Shown piece by piece: positions 55,301-63,689 of a stretch of 64,000 nucleotides of DNA; the stretch's first letter is position 1; every line of letters begins with the position of its first letter. The position numbers and the translations under genes are program-made. This DNA is from Oopsacas minuta (lineage: Eukaryota > Animalia > Porifera). The notes beneath the pieces are model-generated. The model had not been told where the DNA came from. It saw only the letters and a list, made by a program, of their open reading frames with translations, and made no database searches. The stretch covers positions 62,001 to 126,000 of the forward strand of contig JAKMXF010000339.1 of the NCBI GenBank assembly GCA_024704765.1, given 5' to 3'.

Positions 55301-58300
55301 GTTACAAAATTAAACAAAAAGTTTAAAATGTATTATAAATATCCAGAGAATAGTTCTCCATGTTTTTGGTCGAATTAGAAATGTGTATTAAGGGCGAGAT
55401 AGGAATTAATAATATCGTTGTTTTCAATGTTATATTCATAATCATCGTGAAATTACCTGTCGTCACTTGACAATTTTAGATTTTTTTGTTCTAACTGAAA
55501 TATCCAGTAGATGATTAGTTTAAGTATCAATTTGTAACCCCTTTATCTAATCCCTCTTATAGTGATTGAAATTTTGAGTAATTCATGGTTTGAAGAATTC
55601 AAATTTCTCTGCCATGTTTCAATGATATAGTCAACTAAGCTCAGAATTGACTATCGAAGATTGAGATTGGCTCCACTCCTTAATTTAATTGCTAAACTAG
55701 CGAAAATAGAAGATATTGATAGCAAACGATCGCTGCTAGTGACTTTCAGCTTGTTTCGTATACAGCTCACGATCTAAACACATAATCTTTCTGTAAAGAA
55801 ATTTTTTCTACATACTCTAATACAAAAAAAATCTACCTTCGTTCTTGACCAACTTGAAATTGGTAAACGAAAATACATCCACTAAAGAAATTTTACATAT
55901 ACTAAATTCCTTTTACCAGCGTACAAAGATGTAGCTTGTTATCAATCAGAGATCACTCTTAGTAATGAATATCAAGTTATTTGCATCAACAGTCTACATA
56001 ATGTTTGGTATTCGAATTCCACATCTAAGCGTTGTACGCAACAGACAGTCTCCAGGTTACCTGACACATTATTAATATCAATCTGGATGGTTCGGACTCA
56101 AGCCCGAATGTGCTACTTTCAATACACCGGTGACCCAATTGTCCAAAATTTCGGATTACACAGAAATTTATCCTTTTCTTACTGCTATAATCACTTTCAG
56201 CGGAGCAGAACTATAGTCACAACATGAGGGGACATCCATATCAGTTGGAGGTCTGGGTAGCGCTGTAAGCCCCCCATTGGGGTCCAAAGGCAAAGCCCCT
56301 GGAAGCTTAAAGTTGTTCGATTATAACCGGACTAATATCTTCTAAGTTAGCTTTGTATACATCTATATTCCTAGCAGTGTCTCCAACGCTTGGGGTTTTT
56401 CCCAAGTTCTTGGAGTTTTAAAGCGTCTTGAAGGGTTTAAGGAGATCGTCTCGAATACTTTGCCCACTTCTAAGACCAGTCTAAGGCCCCTATGCCCTAG
56501 TTGGTGGTAATGAGGTTCCACCGCATTAGTCAGTTTTGTGGAGAAGTATCCGGCATTGCTCCAATGGTTCGAGAACCAAGGACATGATTCATCTCTTGCA
56601 ACCGATAGGCGGACTAAAGCGATGTCGAATATGCAAGAATTGGAGAGATTCGAGGTGTTCTTTATGATACGCGTATTGCGTCGGTAATTCGGCAGCGTGG
56701 ATCCGATACACAAAGCTGTTCAGGGGGTGAATGAGCAGATCGACGATGTCAAACGGAGAATCAAGATACTCAAAGGGACTTTGGAACGAGATCGGGATTG
56801 GTACACTGGCAATGCTGCTGAATCCTTCTACAGTGTCACAAAGGAGAGGCAAATTGATCTGCCTGAGGGGGCATGACAAGATGGGAAGGAGAGGTAAGGT
56901 AGGGACGCTCAAGAACACGGAGGAGGATATCGTAAACTATTACGTTGGTCTATACTGTTCATTAAAAACCCGTGTCACATACAATTGTATTATGTTTTGT
57001 CTAAAATCTGCTCTAAATATAATTCGAGCAGCATCACAACAAATAATTTAGAATGCAGGTAACTGTTGATTAATATTATATTGGGACGGAGGAACATTTA
57101 AGCTATTGCCAAAGCCTGGAGGGGCGGCGCCCCGTGCCCCTCATATTCTGCGCCTACGATCACTTGACACCCTATCTTTCTAAATTATACTCAATTCAAT
57201 TCCAAAAAAATAGACTGATCACTCAAAGTAAAAACCAACATGAAATTGTTTGAGAACTTCTGGAAGAGAAAACTGGTCTTAAGATAGACCAATCTTCTAG
57301 GGAAGGTGGCATAGAACATCCACTGGTAATATTACATGACAAATGCTTCAGCAATAAGAACGATACAATTAAGTGGATATTTCTTTGATTCCCAATGAAT
57401 ACCATGATCCAGAAGATTCAGAACAACCTCTCCATAATATTGGGTATATTTTGTTATAGTAGAGAAGTAAATACTGATTCTTTCGATATTATCTGCATTG
57501 GAACCTATGAGATAGAGTTACCAAGTTTATTGGGCGTATATTTCGCCTACTTTACACAAGCTGTTAGCTCATCGCGCAGAGTTAATCCGAGAATGCAACG
57601 ATGGTTATGGTATAAAAGAGTACTCTGAAAAAGGAAAAGAATCAAGCAACAAACGAAATCGAGACTATATAATTCACTCCTTGCGTAGTTAGTATTGTAT
57701 ATATTTATTAGACATATGCATATATTGTATTAGTTATATTTCCATGTATCATGAGCTTCAATTGAATGCTTTCATATAGAGAATTTCATGATGACATAAA
57801 ATTATTAAAATAGAAGCCATATACAAATATGCATTTTGGGTTGGTCGATTTCCTAAACCTAAATAATACACTTTGAGTCTCTAAAATGCACAGAAATGCC
57901 TACTTCCCCTGAATTTTCACTTTTTGCTCACTGTGCACTGCCCCGCAAAAGAAAATAACCCCTGTTGTTTAGATTAAACATAGAAAACGGAAACAAAAAG
58001 TTCTCTAAGAATGGTTTCCAAAATTACTGAACAGTTAAGTAACTCTGATCTAAACCCTAAAGTTAACGTTAGTATTAATGATGACACCGAAAATAAAGAT
58101 TGTAATGTGATATTTGTTTGTACAAATCATATAGAATATCAGGGTTTCATCCTATAAAAGTTTATCGCAGCAAAACACGGTTGGATTCAATTATCACCAA
58201 AATTGAATATACGGGAATAATAGTGACTTCAATTTAAAGCGTTGTGTACTATCCAAACTTGTCTCATGCACAATCACTACAATAGGCTAGTGAGAGGTAT

Positions 58301-59218
58301 GTTAAAGTTATGTACTGTAGGGGTGCAAATAAAAGGACCTCCCTGGACATATTCTTCCACCCCACACCGGTTTGTAAATTTCGAATATTAATTCGAAATC
58401 TTCAATCAACTACATCATTTTACTGGTTGTTTTCATGAACTCCAAGGATTTTAGGGTATATCCCTAGATAATGTTATCTTCGAAAGTTCTTAACTAATAT
58501 ATTCAAATTAATTCTATACTTTGGAGATTCCAAACACACTATATATTCCACACTCCAACCACATCACTACAACATCAGCCCCGTTTATTCAGACCCTAGA
58601 GAAAGTAGTCTAAAACTCGCATTCGCAATATAGTGTATTTTTCTCAAACACTGCTCAAGCTTTGAGAGGGTTGATTGCAAGTTTCAAAAACTTTTCATAA
58701 CACTCTACTGCATAATTATGATGGACTTCGGACCCAGGTCCAAATGTTCGAATTAGTAAGTTGGCTTTATATAACGAAATGCATTTGTAGATCTAATGAA
58801 ATATCAGAATACCTTTGCTTTATGAGTAGGAGGAGGAGGAGGAGGGCGTTTATTTCTCGGCTTTGGCTTAGGAACAACAGCAATCTGCAGGACATGTGGA
58901 TCTAAGGGCGTGTCAATTGCACCTAACACATCATCTGTACTGACTTGAATTGAGATATCATGGCCATGAATAGTGTACAACAAATCACCTTGAGTAAGTT
59001 TACCATCTGCTGGACCCCCTGGTACCACGTGGCTGACAAATAATGGGGGATTGGAAGAAAGCATAAATCCATAGCCCACTAAAGGATGCCTAGAAAAATT
59101 AAGTTATAAAGTAGGGCCTACGAACTCGGGGTGCAAATAGGAGCATTTATCAACAAGTAAACCTGATTTGATGGTCAGTCAACTGAAAATCATGTGAACG
59201 TTTATAGTACCATGCCAT
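3115..59218 (-). CDS. FRMPD: PDZ- and FERM-domain protein (FRMPD1/3/4-like), 8 coding exons, 482 aa predicted; whole-gene span
   Basis: Eight exons with canonical AG/GT boundaries and matching phases join into one open frame: PDZ (HPLVGYGFMLSSNPPLFVSHVVPGGPADGKLTQGD), KAK|VRF linker, FERM F1/F2/F3 lobes (GGFEVFLP, FGGALFHAQV, LQSYY) and stop TAA at 3115-3117. Domain order and motifs resemble FRMPD4 as recalled. Confidence 0.85.
3473..3672 (-). CDS. FRMPD: FRMPD-like exon 7: FERM F3 (PH/PTB-like) lobe end
   Basis: VHVTEFSRRDDLSKVRLTCVNGKELIFIMRLYDGCELGEVLQSYY; 200 nt, phase 0/2; acceptor aattag, donor GTAATA. Confidence 0.8.
3778..6065. mobile_element. Non-autonomous Mutator-like (MULE/foldback) element with ~355-bp TIRs
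   Basis: 3778-4130 and 5708-6065 are highly similar inverted copies; flanking 9-mers cctcatcaa (3769-3777) and cctcattaa (6066-6074) match 8/9. Confidence 0.75.
5159..5340. mobile_element. pogo/Tigger-like MITE nested in the MULE-like element
   Basis: TA-CAGTCAAC...GTTGACTG termini with ~25-bp imperfect TIRs. Confidence 0.65.
6600..7400 (-). pseudogene. Decayed Buster/SCAND3-type hAT transposase
   Basis: Frameshifted remnants IPL..NSTMSR..EMA, LLLTYVR, DTKGESIFHVVKSY, DGA, IKAVNFIKSNA. Confidence 0.65.
7520..8985. repeat. Cluster of the GNA-hairpin interspersed repeat (minus copies 7520-8110; plus copies ~8190-8400 and ~8810-8985)
   Basis: Shares motifs CCATGGATAATAAAAT, GCGACCAAAAGC, GGCACGAAGTGCC and ATCCAAACTCAT with copies at 28-29 kb and 59-64 kb. 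Confidence 0.65.
11031..11285. mobile_element. Tc1-like MITE
   Basis: Perfect 28-bp TIR CACTTCCTGGCCAAAAGTATTGGAACAC, TA on both sides, 255 bp. Confidence 0.9.
11418..12751 (+). mobile_element. Full-length mariner element (DD34D)
   Basis: 26-bp TIR CAGGGGCATTCAAT(A/T)ATACTAATCA with one mismatch; TA duplication; 1334 bp. Confidence 0.95.
11609..12680 (+). pseudogene. mariner transposase with one frameshift near 12190
   Basis: ORFs 11609-12316 and 12186-12680: HTH, WVPH, TGDETW, HDNARPH, YSPDIAPCDFWLF; D-to-D spacing counted as 34. Confidence 0.92.
12945..13000 (+). mobile_element. Orphan Charlie/Buster-like hAT terminus
   Basis: CAGGGGTGGGCAA preceded by an nnnTAnnn site (gcttagat); partner end not found. 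Confidence 0.4.
13555..13685 (-). repeat. 3' fragment of the GNA-hairpin repeat
   Basis: GCTTCGC (13558), CGCTACGCG (13640) and CTCGGCAC motifs. Confidence 0.65.
14994..15200 (+). pseudogene. Degenerate RING-HC finger remnant
   Basis: F.LCRHVNCC......CPVCRSMI, resembling the IAP/MDM2-type RING C-half; several ligands are lost. Confidence 0.45.
16124..18338 (+). mobile_element. hAT (Ac/ZBED1-like) element with decayed transposase (~16444-18126)
   Basis: CAGGGTTGG TIRs; subterminal AAAACTGGTC repeats; flanks gttttata/gtttgatg; BED finger (SVWKSF..AKC), FYACNLPF, VTDN, HLLNLL, SSASIERIFS. Confidence 0.85.
18398..18649 (-). CDS. FRMPD: FRMPD-like exon 6: FERM F2/F3
   Basis: IKLLFLKKSHQHISAFGGALFHAQV...ICVLPSKGV; 252 nt, phase 0/0; acceptor tctacag, donor GTAAAT. 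Confidence 0.85.
21117..21447. mobile_element. MITE with ~33-bp TIRs (hAT-like ends)
   Basis: TAGGGATAACACATTTTTATGGATATCCAATTAT versus inverted CAGGGATGACACATTTTTATGAATGTCCAGTTAT; TSD weak. Confidence 0.6.
21485..21922. mobile_element. pogo-like MITE
   Basis: TA-CAGTCAGGTGAGCGTAATCCG ... CGGAATACGCACACTTGATTG-TA; internal ATCCGG/CCGGAT repeats. Confidence 0.65.
22244..24521 (-). mobile_element. hAT (ZBED/Ac-like) element with decayed transposase (24341 to 22467)
   Basis: TAGGGTTG/TAGTGGTG ends; TSD gtgtatat/gcgtatat (7/8); MAKRSEVWVHF..AKCQIC BED finger, SLDEYTS, SIPARSVEAERAFSAIG. Confidence 0.85.
24895..27050 (+). mobile_element. Decayed ZMYM1-like hAT element
   Basis: CAGGGCCATAGGAAC terminus; remnants AHGYIINLAVGD, LCPT.WTVRAESL, LILVMP..NAVSER.FSSLRR.KTYLRS; right end unclear. 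Confidence 0.7.
28205..29700 (+). repeat. Head-to-tail array (~2.3 units, period ~680 bp) of the GNA-hairpin repeat, with (TA)n at ~28370-28397
   Basis: Marker GCAAG(A/C)GAAG at ~28319, 29000 and 29677; GCGACC at ~28229, 28922 and 29589. Confidence 0.75.
29991..30196 (-). CDS. FRMPD: FRMPD-like exon 5: FERM F2 lobe
   Basis: LTQLLAIRIW...RRLGGFEVFLPKIW...KKDLFKQ; 206 nt, phase 1/0; acceptor aatttag, donor GTTTGG. Confidence 0.85.
30536..34053 (-). pseudogene. RAG1-like transposase (frameshifted and interrupted)
   Basis: NBD-like PRKPLLMITLKQQLSRL..ILEQVKEIA; D1 GLDGSG (33244-33246); NSPFSQRP; D2 RSMFDVKM (31602-31604) followed by SCLL; PTLHKILPH; E in EEGTESSNK (30791-30793); DVFMRL..SDP; C-terminal CGQSGH. 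Confidence 0.85.
31612..32953 (-). mobile_element. Tc1-like DD37E (TRT-type) element with decayed transposase
   Basis: CAG(G/A)GTGT(A/C)TCAAAAGT TIRs; TA duplication; HTH ORF 32323-32754; WERVLFSD, MVWG, FMQDGAP..NSPDLNPIENLW with D-to-E spacing counted as 37. Confidence 0.88.
34950..35592 (+). mobile_element. 5'-truncated Tc1/mariner DD41D (rosa-like) element
   Basis: GPYFF-like DPYFFE, FHQDGAPPH..WPPYSPDLNPCDFYLWGYLK with spacing 41; right end GGCCCACCCTG-TA. Confidence 0.85.
36349..36496 (-). CDS. FRMPD: FRMPD-like exon 4: FERM F1/F2 junction
   Basis: WIFHLRIRILPLDLDGLLVRCPSSLSYLYFQTCQD; 148 nt, phase 0/1; acceptor tttatag, donor GTAATA. Confidence 0.85.
36529..37110. mobile_element. Non-autonomous Charlie/Buster hAT
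   Basis: CAGGAGTGCTCAAAC / GTTTGAGCACCCTTG; TSD aactaagc/aaataagc (nnnTAnnn, 7/8). Confidence 0.8.
37840..41357 (+). mobile_element. Decayed ZMYM1-like hAT element
   Basis: Remnants RTWLCYSPS..YC, DWKHAS, ERFVTFLEM.GHSGQELA, CRGQSHDNASNMSG, PCSAH, SARKDATKAL; probable ends CAGTGCAGGGTTAA / TTAATCCTACCGTG with flanks ccctcgat/ccctttgt. Confidence 0.7.
42534..43097 (+). pseudogene. N-terminal fragment (NBD/DDBD-like) of a second RAG1-like transposase
   Basis: SRKPLPELALKALRCRLKPLLDLI..IAENE..IATYALQLISNE..DKSVFSLDFLEIG aligns with ORF 33371-33808; truncated at ~43080. Confidence 0.75.
43369..46092 (+). mobile_element. Full-length Chapaev3 (CMC) transposon
   Basis: CACTGCTCAACAA TIRs; TAA duplication on both sides; 2724 bp. 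Confidence 0.9.
43933..45653 (+). pseudogene. Chapaev3 transposase with a single 1-nt frameshift at ~44790
   Basis: CKN.PDSFCYICG, W.PHIVC..C, PMVWREP.DH..DCYFC, DLKM, PPLHIKLGLMKQFVKAL, GAVSDEQGERFHQD, MMADYCW; restoring one T gives NGNVYGAVP and 573 aa. Confidence 0.88.
47263..47424. mobile_element. Degenerate pogo-like MITE
   Basis: TA-CAGTTAAAC..CCCTCAGGGG ... TCGAGTTA..TTGACTG; similar to the 60338-60424 element. Confidence 0.4.
47464..47694 (-). CDS. FRMPD: FRMPD-like exon 3: FERM F1 (ubiquitin-like) lobe
   Basis: VRFNTPLFEV...FIRIRAATGSEHVLRVNTGLTFVKIIAVLKVKL; 231 nt, phase 0/0; acceptor catttag, donor GTAAGA. Confidence 0.85.
50115..50762. mobile_element. pogo/Tigger-like MITE
   Basis: ~30-bp TIR CAGTAGAAGCTCGCAAAC(T/C)GGGCACCTTG; TA at left. 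Confidence 0.8.
50295..50581. mobile_element. hAT MITE with an internal CAACTCATT(T) tandem array, nested in the pogo-like MITE
   Basis: TIR CAGGGCTG(T/C)ATCAAC; perfect 8-bp TSD TAGTCAAT. Confidence 0.9.
51112..54204 (-). mobile_element. ZMYM1-like hAT element with frameshifted transposase (53777 to 51450)
   Basis: CAG(T/A)GGCGGAACTA TIRs; TSD gtcgatat/gtctatat; TTF zinc finger (WFLIYEWLEYS..CFPCRHF), RGNFLEIL, YSLIADESKDASKKEQL, LSDTRWSCR, SERSFSTLNRVKT. Confidence 0.9.
54560..56100 (+). mobile_element. Possible highly decayed LINE remnants
   Basis: Weak endonuclease-like LD.TLT...ISSDH motif at ~54610-54700; the rest is unresolved. Confidence 0.25.
56198..57158 (+). mobile_element. Non-autonomous hAT carrying a transposase fragment
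   Basis: TSD atcacttt/atcacttg; GCAGAA..TGAGGGG subtermini; remnant KRLEGFKEI..TSLRPLCPSWW..ALVSFVEKYPALLQWF. Confidence 0.75.
57220..57935 (+). mobile_element. 3' half of a third RAG1-like/Transib element
   Basis: LEEKTGLKID..GG.TSTGNI, ISPTLHKLLAH.AELIRECN.GYGIKEYSEKGKESSNK; terminal CACTGTG at 57929-57935. Confidence 0.8.
58813..59089 (-). CDS. FRMPD: FRMPD-like exon 2: PDZ domain plus proline-rich linker (RNKRPPPPPPTHKAK)
   Basis: ORF 58804-59079; GYGF carboxylate-binding loop, VVPGGPADGKL..GD; acceptor ttttctag, donor GTATTC. Confidence 0.9.
59163..59218 (-). CDS. FRMPD: FRMPD-like exon 1 (putative start, MAWYYKRSHDFQLTDHQI-R)
   Basis: ATG at 59216-59218, open frame, phase-2 end with GTTTAC donor; a 73-nt intron joins it in frame to the PDZ exon. 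A further upstream exon cannot be excluded. Confidence 0.55.
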
Positions 59219-59389
59219 ACTTGCCTACCTAAATGTCCACCATAGAGGGACAGATCCATGGAATCTCGTGGGATATTTGGTCATTTCCCGGGAAGTGTCG
59301 GGAAAATCAAAATACGATAATATGGAGGAACTCGTCCAGCTTATAACATACGTATTACGTAGGTCATCTGCAATTGAAATGATTACTAG

Positions 59390-59720
59390 CGCTCTTCACT
59401 TGCTAGGTCGCTATGCAACAGCTTAGTGCCTCAGGTTAGCTTAAGTATTAAACAGCTAAATTTCTTAGTGCTTTTAGTGGATACGCGACTGAGTATAATC
59501 GGCACATCGTGCCTCGAGTGTATAAAATAGCAGAAATCTTTATTATCCATGGCCCATCCAAACTACATTTAATGGCTTTCCGTGGAGACACTGGCGTACT
59601 ACGTGGCTTTTGGTTAGTAATCTCGGCACTTCGTACCTCGGGGTTTTAATAACTTCTCAGAAATTTTGAAATTTGGAAAATTAGTATTTTTGTATAGTCA
59701 TGATTACCTAATAATTATAT
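59390..59720 (-). repeat. GNA-hairpin repeat copy
   Basis: CGGCACATCGTGCCTCGAG (~59501), CTCGGCACTTCGTACCTCG (59622-59640), TTATTATCCATGG. Confidence 0.7.
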
Positions 59721-60040
59721 GATGAGGTAGCATTTAGTCAAAGTGATGAAGTACTGACATTTGGCATATTAAGGTGTACCTGTGATTATAATTTAAAACA
59801 TCTAACAAAGTTGTTTTCAACTTGGGCTTTGCGAAGTCGTTCTAGGGGGGTCGAAGGTTTTAGATGTTTGCACAACAATAGAAAATTTGGTGATATATAG
59901 AAATTGATTAAATAATCCATTTTTATCTAGTTGTAAAATATGTTTTACAACTAGTTAGCAATATTCGCGTGAACGTGTTTTGCTGAAAGTATCACGCGAA
60001 TAATATATATTGCTTGGTGATCCCTGTTACGCACCTATAT

Positions 60041-60186
60041 CAGGGACGTAGCTAGCATTGATTCAGAGGAGGCTATTGCCTCTTCGCTTTTTCTCCATTT
60101 GCCTCATCTCCCTATGGTAAAGGCAAATTTTATGAGGCATATAAACAACCTTGCCTCCTAGTCTGAGATTTCTAGTTACCTCCCAG
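60041..60186. mobile_element. Possible small hAT-like MITE
   Basis: CAGGGACGTAGCTAG versus CTAGTTACCTCCCAG; TSD unconvincing. Confidence 0.35.
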
Positions 60187-60337
60187 TATATATGTACATT
60201 AGTATCACAAGGCATTACTCCATTTCCATCTCCCACCTATGTGATAAAGGCTTTAACAATTAAAACGAGGTTATTAGTAGTATATCTTAACTATATACTA
60301 TTTAAACGCAATTAATCTGAATAGATATATGTGTATA

Positions 60338-60424
60338 CAGTCAACATCTGGTAACTCGAAACTCAGGGGAGGCAAAAAGAACATATTCGAGATAATAAAT
60401 GTTCGAGTTACCGGATGTTGACTA
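60338..60424. mobile_element. 87-bp pogo-like MITE
   Basis: 23-bp TIR CAGTCAACATCTGGTAACTCGAA with 2 mismatches; TA flanks. Confidence 0.8.
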
Positions 60425-60499
60425 TATATAAGTTTGTATGTTCAGAGTTATTTGAAGAAACAGGAAGACCGCTAAGGCTGATATTTACATAAGGGAGTA

Positions 60500-61000
60500 T
60501 TTTTGGCCTGAATCAGACAAGTTTTGAGTCATGGACGAAAGTTCACACCAATGACGAAATTATACTACGTTATAAGTCATGTCACCATACCGATTTTGAA
60601 AAATCACAATATTAGCCACTGCTCAGCCAATTTAAGCGTACATGGTAGAAGATCGAAATTTAATCACAGGTACCCTTCGATATCCCACACGTTATGACGT
60701 CATGATTATGACAAAATCCAAACTCATCATGGAATTATTACGTCATCATGACTGTACATAAACAAATATTAGAATTAACTTTAAGATGGCAGGAAATTCC
60801 TAGATTACTAACTAAAAGCCACGTAGACCATGGATAACAAAATCTCAAATTTCTGCCTTATTATACACTCGAAGCACGAAGTCCGAGTATACCCCCTCGC
60901 GTAGCGACCAAATGCAATAAGAACATTAGCTGTATTACTTAAGCAAATTTGAGGCAGTAAGCAGTCGCAGAGCTACCTAGCAAGAGAAGAGCACTAGTTG
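60500..61000 (+). repeat. GNA-hairpin repeat copy
   Basis: ATCCAAACTCATCATGG, GCACGAAGTCCGAG, CGCGTAGCG (60898-60906), GCAAGAGAAGAGC. Confidence 0.7.
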
Positions 61001-61559
61001 AGTATAAGCTCTAATATAATAGAATGTCCGGCTCGGTATTGGAATCTAAATACGTATGCTCAAAGAGCCCTAACTAGCAATTGATGCGAATTTCTAGCAT
61101 AATCTTGAAATATATGCAAAGAAGTGGGAAAAATATGATTAATCATAAGAAAAATATACGAATGCTTTTAGGCTCTGGAAATCCCAAAAATCGGATTCTA
61201 CGCAGCTAACTACCCCTGACAACATGTTGAAACATAATTCTATCATGCTTTTGATCTTACATAGAAAGGTGTGAAAATATGTTTGATCACCAAAATATGT
61301 GAAACTTTCACTTAAGAAAACAATCATTCCCTAGGTGCAAATCTCCGGCACAAAATGTACATATATCAATATTCATATTAATCGGGACTGCTAGATTTCA
61401 CACGGCCGACGAACGTGGTAAATCGTATATGCCATTAGGGCATCTCTCTATAGTATAGGAGCTGCACTAAAAATCGCATGGTTATTAATGGGGTCGCGAG
61501 TATTCCCTAAGTCTATAAGATATGTTGAAACAGGTTGAAAACCCCTCATCTAACATGTA

Positions 61560-61830
61560 CAGTAGCCGAGGAGTGGCTCATAATGTGATTTTTCGAATTT
61601 CGAAAAAGGTGGCAATTTCGCCATAGTTTCGTCATATGTGTGAATTTTGTTCCAAGACTTGAAATTGTCCAAGCTAGAGTCAAAATACTTTCGTTTGCCA
61701 AAACTCAGCCCTGCTCCTCTTCTAAAAACAAAGATACATGTATACTACGAGAATGCTTCGCTTGCTTGCGCTGAGCGGCTTACGAACACCTCGTGTTCGC
61801 ACGGGTCTCGGCACTTCGTACCTCAAATAA
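61560..61830 (-). repeat. GNA-hairpin repeat fragments
   Basis: GCTTCGCTTGCTTGCGC, CTCGGCACTTCGTACCTC, TCGTCATATGTGTG. Confidence 0.6.
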
Positions 61831-63689
61831 AACAATAATTTGACAAATTCAAAATTTATAAAATTAATAACTAATAAACAAATGTGTGAATTGGAAAATT
61901 CAGCGTACTTGATTACCAATGTATAACAATTGATAACTCGGATGAGACGTACTAATTTTTGTTTCCCGACTATACAATCGTGTGGTAATTGTATAGATAT
62001 TCGATTAGAAAAATGGCAGCCGTGATAAAGCAAAAGTAAATTCATTTTAATATTTGATATTTTAGAGTCCAGTTTTCCCGCGAAGTCCTGAAAAAAGGCA
62101 AATAATGATTAAATATGGAGAAACCCACCCAGCATAAGAACTACGTTGGTCGGGTTATAAGAAATTGAAATAATTATTCAAAATGACAATATAGCAGAAA
62201 TAGTCAAAGCAAATTAGCCAAAAAGTGGTCGAAGGTGGAAGTAAATATAACTATATAGCGGAATCATATTTGGTATCATTCGAACCAGAATCTCATGTAG
62301 ATTAAGCATAGCCTACTAAATATAAGGTCTGATCACTACTTTTGACAGAGGATAAAAGGAAATGGATATATTTTAATGGGCTATTCCATAATCGCTGATA
62401 ATAATAAACTGGAAAATAGAGAACTAGACAATCGGGGAGGACAAACCGTAGATAGTATATACCCGACTTCCCATGCGCTTATAATGCCACTGTTAATGAG
62501 AAACTTGTTTCAGCTCCACAAAAGATACACCTGAACATACATACGGGCGGGCTGTTCACTATTATTATCTCATCATTGTGTGAGGAGGTATCAGCTGAAA
62601 AATTGGTTCATTGACTTCATTCATAAAAAATATTATAATTGCTAAAGTCAAATTTGATATGAGAATAGGCTAGACTATGAAAAAGATGCTTCTATTGTAC
62701 TACTACCCGGTTTATACAGCTTGTAGTTGATATACATTGAGTAAATGGTGAGATAATGACAATAATGACAATAATGCATAATGGTGCGGTAGCCATACCA
62801 GATGTGGGCGGTGGAGCTGAAACATGTTTCCAACTTACAGTGGCCTAATAAATTTTGATATGATTTCTCTTACACCAATGTGACGTAATTATGAGCATTC
62901 CCTTATATGGTTACTTTCAATATTGCGCAATAATTTTCAGAGCTATCATATCAAATGTATAATTAAAATATTGCCACGCACCCTCAATAATCCTTTAGCT
63001 GCTAAGCCCATCCAGCGACCCAACAATTGAAGTTGCACACGGCCCTATAACTAAATCTGGCACTGCATACTTGTAATATATGCAATAATTCCATGATCAA
63101 TTGAATATATCTTCGAGAATTAGAATAATTAATGATGCTATTGAATTTGAGAATTAAGATTAGGACACAGCCTACTAAAGGTAAGGCTTCCTCACCAGGG
63201 TGTAATCCAGGCGTATGCTGCGCGCCTACAGGAGCATAAATTTGGGTAAATATAACTCTAGGCGTAGAAACTCCTATATCATAATACAAAAATGTATAAT
63301 ATAGGCGTATGAAATGAATTAGAATACATAGTCACTTCAATCTCATCTCTAACTCGAGATATAAACATTTGAAAAAGTTAATTAGGTGATGATGACGTAA
63401 AAAAACTTCTAACCGCCATTAACGTGTAGCATATCTATCTGATCAATGTGAGAACTTAATACGATTGAAGAGACGATGTAATTTATATTCAGGGTTCATT
63501 CCAAATTTATACCATAGTATTTAATTTCGCCAATATACTCAGAATAGTGAGAGAATGGTGTTTAGCATGAATTAAAGAACGTGAACCGAGGTGCACATCC
63601 AAATTTTTGTCGGACCTTCTGTAAAGAATATTAAGTCAATATCTCTTGAACTGAAGTCAGAATAGCGGTTACGTCCGGCAGACAGGTAG

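Noticed and set aside
63002-63289. ORF as an upstream exon of the host gene
   Set aside because: Its GC-rich core (GGCGCG..GCATACGCCTGGAT) recurs at ~3045-3085, indicating a repeat; there is no fitting phase-2 donor.
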